From Minisyncoccota bacterium (GTDB lineage Bacteria > Patescibacteriota > Minisyncoccia > Phycocordibacterales > UBA2100), in NCBI GenBank assembly GCA_036517335.1, contig DATDWX010000033.1, positions 9 to 64,008 on the forward strand: DNA of 64,000 bases. The letters run 5' to 3'. The notes below the pieces were generated by a model, which saw only the letters and a list, made by a program, of their open reading frames with translations, had not been told where the DNA came from and made no database searches. Shown here piece after piece: positions 57,183-64,000 of the stretch (position 1 is its first letter; every line of letters starts with the position of its first letter). Position numbers and translations under genes: made by a program.

Positions 57183-58385
57183 TTACACGTTTGCCAGCCT
57201 TAAATTCCCACTGGCGCGAAGAGATGCCGGATCGGCGAATTCTTTTTTGAGAGCGTGGAAATAGCCGGCTAGCGCGATCATGAGGGCGTTGTCGGTGGCC
57301 CATTCGGGTGCGGGGATGAGGAGTTGGACATCCTGTTCATCGAGTGCTTCTTTGAGCCGTTGTTTGATATGCGTGTTGGCCGAGACGCCGCCGCCAACTA
57401 AGACCGTTTGTGCGCCATGTTCCTCCACGGCTCGCAGGGTTTTCGCGACGAGCACGTCGGCGGCGGCGTCTTCAAATTCGCGCGCGATTTCTATTTTCTT
57501 TGCATACGTGAGCGTTCGACCGCCGATCACATTGCGCACTGCTGTTTTCAATCCCGAGAATGAAAAGTCGTAAGATTCATCCTTCATCATCGGCCGCGGC
57601 AATTCAAGAGGCGACACCTCTTGAATCTGACGCGAGCGAGAGGCAAGCCGTGCGATCTCCGGCCCGCCAGGATAGGGAAGTCCCATCATCCGCGCAATTT
57701 TATCAAACGCTTCGCCCACCGCATCGTCGCGCGTCTCACCAATCGTTTTAAACTTTGGCCATTCAGTAATCAAATCCAATTCCGTGTGCCCACCCGAGAT
57801 GAGTAGCGCAATGGCGGGGAATCCGGACTCGTCGATTCTTAATCCCGATACTTCGTTATATAACGAAGTATCGGGATTTGAGACTATCGCCATGGCAATA
57901 TGACCCTCCAGGTGGTTCACAGGTACGATCGGAATATTCCATACTGCGCTCAGCGCTTTTGCAAAATTTACCCCGACCCACAGCGCGGGCTCAAGGCCGG
58001 GGCCGTGCGTCACCGCGATCGCATCAATATCAGGCCTCCCATGTGTTTTTAAAAATTCTTCGAGCGCCTGAAAAAGTTCCGGTTCTCGCACCAGCAATTC
58101 CCGGATGTTCAAGGACCGTCCTTGAACCAATTGGATCAAGGACGGTCCTTGAACAGCTTGAGCGGACTGTGCGAGTACTTCACTTAGAAGCGGGACGAGA
58201 TTTTTTGCATGCTCGCGCTTGGCGAGATTGGGAAAGATGCCGCCGTAGGGGGCATGAGTCGCGATTTGTGAGTGGAGTGCGTTGCCCAGCACTTGAAATT
58301 TGAACGATGCGCCAAATGATCCTTCGGCCTCGATCAAACAAACAGCGGTTTCATCGCACGAGGTCTCTATCCCTAAAATCTTCAT
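57183..58385 (-). CDS. tsaD: tRNA N6-adenosine threonylcarbamoyltransferase
   Basis: LGIETSCDET, GPGL, VNHLEGH, LISGGHT, DDAVGEAFDK, FSFSGLKT, GGVSAN, TDNA. Confidence 0.96.
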   Translation of the reverse strand: MKILGIETSCDETAVCLIEAEGSFGASFKFQVLGNALHSQIATHAPYGGIFPNLAKREHAKNLVPLLSEVLAQSAQAVQGPSLIQLVQGRSLNIRELLVREPELFQALEEFLKTHGRPDIDAIAVTHGPGLEPALWVGVNFAKALSAVWNIPIVPVNHLEGHIAMAIVSNPDTSLYNEVSGLRIDESGFPAIALLISGGHTELDLITEWPKFKTIGETRDDAVGEAFDKIARMMGLPYPGGPEIARLASRSRQIQEVSPLELPRPMMKDESYDFSFSGLKTAVRNVIGGRTLTYAKKIEIAREFEDAAADVLVAKTLRAVEEHGAQTVLVGGGVSANTHIKQRLKEALDEQDVQLLIPAPEWATDNALMIALAGYFHALKKEFADPASLRASGNLRLANV

Positions 58386-58451
58386 ATATTAAGCTACAGA
58401 ATAGCGCAAAGCGAGGATTTACGCTAGAATAAAGTAATCATCTTCCCCTTT

Positions 58452-60236
58452 ATGACAACGAATACAGACATGTGGCGCAGTGACATCCCCATCGGCAAAA
58501 GTCCGTGGCGTTTTTTCCTTTTCTCGTCGCGTCCACATTGGAGGGCCGCCGTTCTCGCCATCGCGCTCGCTGGTGCCGCTGCTGCCGTCTCTGCCAGCGT
58601 CGCCTATGTATTCAAGCTCATTGCGAACGCTGCGATCGCGATCCGTGTGGGCGGTTCGTTCGACGCACTCTTTCTCTGGTGTGGCGTCTCGATCGCGCTC
58701 CTCGCGGTGGCCAAAATATTCTGGCGCGCCGGGGGATTCGCTGCGGCTCGCTGGGCGACGGGTGCCTCCGCTACTGCCCGCTTTGCGCTGATCTCCTATG
58801 TGACGCTCCATAGCCGCGCATATTTCTCGGACCGCTTTGCCGGCTCCATCATGAACAAGATCCGGCACGCCGCAACCGGCATGCGCGAGGTCGTCGACAT
58901 CTTCCTCTGGGAGTTTCTCGAGCTGGGCGTCAACGTGATCGCGAGCTTCGTTATCGTGTTTATCGTGAGTCCTCTTGTAGCATGGATCTTCCTCGGGTGG
59001 GTGGTGCTGATACTCGCGATCAACGCCTACATGGGCCTCAAGCGCGTGCCGCTCGCGATCGAAGCGCACAATATCGAGACACTCATCAACGGCGCTACAG
59101 TGGATCTCCTGACCAACGTCTCGGCGATGCAGGAGTACGCGCGCCGTGAGTACGAGATCGAGCGCCTGCGAAGCACGACAGAAAGGCGGCGCTACGCGCA
59201 TTTGCGCAGTTGGTATTTTGGCGAGTGGACGCGGGTTATCAATAGCGCTCTTCTCGTCATCTTCGGTACGGCGATGGTGTTTACCACGGTCGCGCTGGCT
59301 CAAGGTGGGTTCGTGTCGCTCGGCGACGTACTCTTGGTCGTGACCATCATCTTCCGCATCGAGGGGCTTTTGCAGTCGCTTGGCTCCAATTTTAATAAAT
59401 TTGCAGAAACATGGGGCGAGATACAGGAGAGTCTGGAAGAGATCATTGAGCCGCACGAGATACCTGACGCCCCAGAGGCCGCCGCGCTTCAGGTACCAGC
59501 GGGCGAGATCGATCTGCGTGACGTGTCATTCTCGTACGGCGGGCACCATGTGTTTGATACCATGAATCTGCATATTCCTGCACAGCAGCGCGTGGGACTC
59601 GTCGGTCGCTCGGGAGCCGGGAAATCCACACTCATGCGCCTCCTGCTTCACCACCACGATCTGCAGGCAGGCACGATCACGATAGACGGGCAGAATATCG
59701 CAGGCGTGACGCAGGAAAGTTTGCGGGAATCGATCGCGATCGTGCCGCAGGAGCCGCTGCTCTTCCACCGCACCATCAGTGAGAATATTGCGTACGGTAA
59801 TCCTAAGGCGACGCAAGAAGATGTAGAAAAGGCTGCAAAGCTCGCACAGGCGCATGAATTCATCTTACGTCTGCAGCAGGGATACGAATCCTTGGTCGGC
59901 GAGCGCGGGGTCAAGCTCTCCGGCGGCGAGCGCCAGCGGGTGGCTATAGCGCGCGCGATACTAAAGAACGCTCCCATCCTCCTACTAGATGAAGCCACCT
60001 CCTCGCTCGACAGCGAGAGCGAAGTTGCTATCCAAAAAGCGCTCGCGGAGTTGATGAAAGGGAAAACGGTAATAGCGATTGCCCACCGCCTCTCTACTCT
60101 GCGTGGTATGGACCGTCTCATCGTTCTCGATCGCGGCAAGATCATCGAAGAAGGCACACATGAAGAGTTGGTCGCACGTGGCGGCACTTATGCCGAGCTC
60201 TGGCGCCACCAGGCCGGCGGCTTCTTGCAGGATTAG
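58452..60236 (+). CDS. ABC transporter, fused permease/ATP-binding protein
   Basis: TM domain; GRSGAGKST, LSGGERQR, LLDEATS, AHRLST. Confidence 0.95.
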   Translation: MTTNTDMWRSDIPIGKSPWRFFLFSSRPHWRAAVLAIALAGAAAAVSASVAYVFKLIANAAIAIRVGGSFDALFLWCGVSIALLAVAKIFWRAGGFAAARWATGASATARFALISYVTLHSRAYFSDRFAGSIMNKIRHAATGMREVVDIFLWEFLELGVNVIASFVIVFIVSPLVAWIFLGWVVLILAINAYMGLKRVPLAIEAHNIETLINGATVDLLTNVSAMQEYARREYEIERLRSTTERRRYAHLRSWYFGEWTRVINSALLVIFGTAMVFTTVALAQGGFVSLGDVLLVVTIIFRIEGLLQSLGSNFNKFAETWGEIQESLEEIIEPHEIPDAPEAAALQVPAGEIDLRDVSFSYGGHHVFDTMNLHIPAQQRVGLVGRSGAGKSTLMRLLLHHHDLQAGTITIDGQNIAGVTQESLRESIAIVPQEPLLFHRTISENIAYGNPKATQEDVEKAAKLAQAHEFILRLQQGYESLVGERGVKLSGGERQRVAIARAILKNAPILLLDEATSSLDSESEVAIQKALAELMKGKTVIAIAHRLSTLRGMDRLIVLDRGKIIEEGTHEELVARGGTYAELWRHQAGGFLQD

Positions 60237-60316
60237 GCATGTTTCGGTTATGCACAGTCTCCTTGTCCCTTCTCCCTTGCCTTCTATGTCGCCAGTGTTA
60301 TCCTGAACCCATCGTT

Positions 60317-60838
60317 ATGGTGAAGAAAATCTGCTCGGGAGCAACCGCACTTCTTTTTCTGGCGTCACCCTCATTTTCCCTCGCCGCCATCCAATCATTT
60401 CCCTCTGCATGCCCCACCCTCGCACGCACGCTCGCGCGCGGTGCCCGCGGAGCCGATGTTTCCGCACTCCAAACGTTTCTCATCGCCCGGGGACTCCTTG
60501 CCAGCGATTCTGCTACGGGATTCTTCGGCGCGCTCACACAGACAGCAGTACAAAAGTTCCAAGCATCACAAGCAATCGTCTCGTCAGGGACTCCCGCCTC
60601 GACCGGCTACGGCTTGGTGGGCAAAAAGACACGCGCTGCAATCGGCCTTGCATGTACGCATACCAATTACTCCATGAACTCTGCCTCCAGCTCTGCACCC
60701 AAAGCCGCTCCTCCATCATCGCTGCAACCAGAGTGTCCTCTCGTCGCACTCCCTATCGGCAAGTCATGCAGCGGCTCATGGAAAGAAGTGAAAGACACCA
60801 AAGGCTGCACGGCTTCGTGGCAGTGTGTTGCTCAATAA
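60317..60838 (+). CDS. Secreted peptidoglycan-binding domain protein
   Basis: L.RG.RG.DV..LQ.FL...TGFFG.LT..AV..FQ...G.VG.KTR; Cys-rich tail. Confidence 0.85.
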   Translation: MVKKICSGATALLFLASPSFSLAAIQSFPSACPTLARTLARGARGADVSALQTFLIARGLLASDSATGFFGALTQTAVQKFQASQAIVSSGTPASTGYGLVGKKTRAAIGLACTHTNYSMNSASSSAPKAAPPSSLQPECPLVALPIGKSCSGSWKEVKDTKGCTASWQCVAQ

Positions 60839-60840
60839 AT

Positions 60841-63800
60841 ATGGATACACTAAAACATATAAAGCGACTCCAGATGTACACTCTTCTTTTTCTTCTTGCT
60901 GTTGCGTGTATGTTTGCACTTCTTCGTCCAACTACAGCATCCGCTGCGTGCGGGACATTGGCGAGCGGCGCCTCGCTCACACCAGGGCAATCCATAGTTT
61001 CCTGCAACGGTGCATACACCCTTGCTTTCCAAACCGACGGCAACGTCGTGCTCTATGTAGGAAAAGTATTCACCCCAGAGTACGCGCTCTGGAGCACCAA
61101 GACAAATGGCGAAGCAGCAACCCTCTTTGCCATGGAAACCGACGGCAATCTTGTCCTTTACAAAACAGGATCGCAGACCAACGACAATGCGCTCTGGGCG
61201 TCCGGATCAACACCACCAACGTTGAAGTCTGGCGGTGGGACATTCGGTAAGCCTGGTTATCTTGCCGTGCAAGACGATGGCAATCTCGTTGTCTATGCGA
61301 CGTCTGACGCCTCTGTTCTGTGGGCATCAAACACAGTACCGCGAGTGCTGAAAGAAGCGTGTGAGGTCAATTTGCCGCTGGATGGATATACGTGTTCACA
61401 CATAGCCCCTCCTTCAGCCTCTTCTCTCACGATGGACGATCTGCAGGCGATCTTAGAGGAGCAGGGACCGAATACCCCCTACGTCGAACTCTATGGAGCT
61501 TCGGCTGATGGCATTGGAATGGACGGCCTCAAAATTGTTGAAACACCCATCGGAAGCACCTATCCGTATCTTGGAGTGTTCCACCAATTGGTGGGTAGTG
61601 CTTTTGACACCTATGCCGCATATTCGACCGATCTCAAGACGTGGCACCTCCTCGGAACAATCAGGGGCGGTACTTCCGGCCAACCAGATATCCGCATTTT
61701 ACCAGACAAGTCGGTCTTGGTGGCGTACGAAATGCCATCCTTCTTTACATCGCACATTACCGTCAAATATTACTCATCGGTCGATTCATTCATCACAAAT
61801 CCGTCGGGTGCGACCGCCACCATTGATCTGCCGATGGTACCGGGCAACCAAAACAACGGAACTCCCGTCTTTGGCACGATTATTTACAATGGCAATATCT
61901 ATGATTCCACGATACAGATCACGCATCACTGGAGGAATCAACGCAGTATGGATCAGGTCGCCATTGGATACCTGACCAATTTCAGCAGCTGGACATCTTC
62001 CTCCGATAATGCAGTCAACAACAAGCTTGCCGCGCTCGGGCGCCTTCAGGTAGGCGATCGTGACGTATTTCAGGTCGGCGACACGGTTTATGAGATAGTC
62101 GAGGCCAACGCCCATGAGCCTATAGGAAATTCGGGCTGGGATACCTGGCGTAACTACCTTATCAACAGAGGATCTTCAGGTTTGGAGGTCCTGGATACGC
62201 GCAAGCTCGTGCCGATAATCCCGGGAGGTGCCTACTCGCTCGGCAATCCCACCGCTTCATTTCTCCATCTGCCAGATGGTCGCCCAGCCCTCGCATTCAC
62301 ACACTACTTATTTTATCAAGGAGCAGCCAACACACCGGCCGGTCCGCACTTGTATGTGTACCCACTCAGCACTTCCTACATTGCCCCCACATCCACCACC
62401 CCAACCCCTCTCCCTCTCCGCACCGGCGCTCTCACCGTCACACTCACCGCCAACGGAGTCACTAACCCCACCGTCGCCGAAGGTGATTCACACACTCTGG
62501 AGTGGTACAGTGCCAATGCCTCATCTTGTACGCTCTCCTACTCGCTGCCAGGCGTAAGCACCATAGGAACTATCTCACTAATACCAAATGCAGCAGGGAG
62601 CGGGACATCGCAGGCCGGCGGTACGCGGACTATCACCTGCATCGGTACCTACGGCACGACTATCACAAAGACCATAACGATCACGGTAACCCCCCCCATT
62701 ACCGCAACTTCAAACTACCCCCGCGGCTACATCGAATCCTCAACCTACGCGACTATCACCGGCTGGGCGCAGGACCAAGACATCCCGGACTCACCGATCG
62801 ATGTCCACTTCTACATCGACAAGCCACCCACAGACACCGACTTCTCTGGCTACGCGGGAATGGTGAGTGCCAAAGACTACCGAGCCGATCTGTGTAACGA
62901 AATCGGCTCCTGCAACCACGCTTTCTTATTTACTGTTCCTGCAAAATTCAAAGACGGCCTAGCGCACACAGTCTATGCTTACGGTATGGATGAAGACGGT
63001 GTCGGCGCTCACAACCTGGCACTCATACCATACGCAAGCACATCCAACATATTCCAATACCTCGCTGCTACCACGACCACATCCACCGCCACCCTCACCG
63101 CAGGTAAGCAGTCCGTAGTCTCGGGCGAGACTGTCATCCTCGTATGGGAATCCACCAACACCTCATCGTGCACTGGAACCAACTTCTATACGGGAGGAAA
63201 GAGGTTCGGGTTAGCGGGCCCCTATCCGAAAGCTACTACCACCTACTCCATCACCTGCGCTGGGAACGACGACACCTCGCCTACAGCGAGCGTGACCGTG
63301 GGGGTCGGCGCCGCAACCACCAACATATTTTATCCCCGCGGCTACATCGAATCCTCAAACTACGCGACTATCACCGGCTGGGCACAAGACCGAGACATTC
63401 CCGACTCTCCGATCGACGTCCATATTTACATCGACAAGCCACCCACCGCCACCGACTTCTCTGGCTACGTGGGAATGGTGAGTGCCAAAGACTACCGGAG
63501 CGATCTGTGTACTAACGCCGGTTCCTGCAACCACGCTTTCACATTTACTACTCCCACAAAATACCAAGACGGTATTCTGCACACCGTCTACGCCTACGGC
63601 ATGGATGAAGACGGTGTCGGCGCGCACAACTCGGCACTCACCCCATATTCAAGCACCTCCAACACATTCAAATACCTCGCTGTTACCACCAGTGCCCCCA
63701 CCATCACCTCCATCTCACCCTCCTCCGGCTCCGGTAGCGTCCCCATCACCATTACGGGCACGGGCTTCAACGCCACCCAGAACCTCGTCTTCCTAGGAGG

Positions 63801-64000
63801 AATCGGCGGCCTGTGCGGTCTCTCGTACCTCACCTCGACCGCAAGCGGCACCAGTATCGCCTGCACGCTCGGCCTCGGCGGCTGGTCAGCAGGCACCTAC
63901 TCGCTCACCGTCAAGAACGTGACGACCGGCCTTACCTCCACCGGAGTGAACTTCACTGTCAGCGCGCCGAGAGTCCTCTCGATTACCACTGTCTCTCCGA
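60841..64000 (+). CDS. Large modular surface protein (bulb-type lectin, propeller-like region, duplicated Ig-like module, IPT/TIG), runs off the window edge
   Basis: Own translation, frame appears open to the window end: signal peptide; QTDGNVVLY / ETDGNLVLY / QDDGNLVVY; YSTDLKTW; PTITSISPSSG...ITGTGF. Confidence 0.85.
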   Translation, partial: MDTLKHIKRLQMYTLLFLLAVACMFALLRPTTASAACGTLASGASLTPGQSIVSCNGAYTLAFQTDGNVVLYVGKVFTPEYALWSTKTNGEAATLFAMETDGNLVLYKTGSQTNDNALWASGSTPPTLKSGGGTFGKPGYLAVQDDGNLVVYATSDASVLWASNTVPRVLKEACEVNLPLDGYTCSHIAPPSASSLTMDDLQAILEEQGPNTPYVELYGASADGIGMDGLKIVETPIGSTYPYLGVFHQLVGSAFDTYAAYSTDLKTWHLLGTIRGGTSGQPDIRILPDKSVLVAYEMPSFFTSHITVKYYSSVDSFITNPSGATATIDLPMVPGNQNNGTPVFGTIIYNGNIYDSTIQITHHWRNQRSMDQVAIGYLTNFSSWTSSSDNAVNNKLAALGRLQVGDRDVFQVGDTVYEIVEANAHEPIGNSGWDTWRNYLINRGSSGLEVLDTRKLVPIIPGGAYSLGNPTASFLHLPDGRPALAFTHYLFYQGAANTPAGPHLYVYPLSTSYIAPTSTTPTPLPLRTGALTVTLTANGVTNPTVAEGDSHTLEWYSANASSCTLSYSLPGVSTIGTISLIPNAAGSGTSQAGGTRTITCIGTYGTTITKTITITVTPPITATSNYPRGYIESSTYATITGWAQDQDIPDSPIDVHFYIDKPPTDTDFSGYAGMVSAKDYRADLCNEIGSCNHAFLFTVPAKFKDGLAHTVYAYGMDEDGVGAHNLALIPYASTSNIFQYLAATTTTSTATLTAGKQSVVSGETVILVWESTNTSSCTGTNFYTGGKRFGLAGPYPKATTTYSITCAGNDDTSPTASVTVGVGAATTNIFYPRGYIESSNYATITGWAQDRDIPDSPIDVHIYIDKPPTATDFSGYVGMVSAKDYRSDLCTNAGSCNHAFTFTTPTKYQDGILHTVYAYGMDEDGVGAHNSALTPYSSTSNTFKYLAVTTSAPTITSISPSSGSGSVPITITGTGFNATQNLVFLGGIGGLCGLSYLTSTASGTSIACTLGLGGWSAGTYSLTVKNVTTGLTSTGVNFTVSAPRVLSITTVSP
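62716..63690 (+). repeat. Intragenic ~360-bp direct repeat (62716-63072, 63331-63690)
   Basis: Both copies encode YPRGYIESS.YATITGWAQD.DIPDSPIDVH.YID...HTVYAYGMDEDG. Confidence 0.9.

Noticed and set aside
1-64000. Alternative genetic code (UGA=Gly, as in Gracilibacteria/Absconditabacteria)
   Set aside because: Conserved genes are full length under the standard code, and several (pheS, pheT, khpA) end at TGA at the expected position.

Overview
Bacterial chromosome segment, standard genetic code, with the hallmarks of a reduced Patescibacteria/CPR genome (Parcubacteria-like; this is inferred from short PheS/ThrS/ValS/SMC, a NusB-NUDIX fusion and apparently leaderless core genes). The backbone is housekeeping: pheST, gyrB, thrS, dnaE, rnhB, rpmF, nusB, rnc, smc, rpsP, khpA, trmD, rpoBC, dnaG, rpoD, valS and tsaD. 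Interleaved with it are accessory cassettes, large secreted proteins, a sortase with a likely substrate, HicBA, a CsoSCA-like carbonic anhydrase and two RAYT-type HUH transposases, each flanked by its own palindromes. Three patterns stand out. (1) Four genes (rpoD, dnaE, trmD and a PD-(D/E)XK nuclease) have a second, synonymously recoded copy of their 3' end just downstream, separated by cargo or a hairpin, and two of those copies are broken by related CCTGCCCCGT hairpins. (2) At least a dozen short palindromes sit in frame inside otherwise intact protein genes. (3) Small cassette genes form arrays, each with its own promoter, SD and terminator, separated by repeated hairpin spacers. No tRNA, rRNA or CRISPR array was recognised. 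All product calls come from motif recognition by eye, not database searches.
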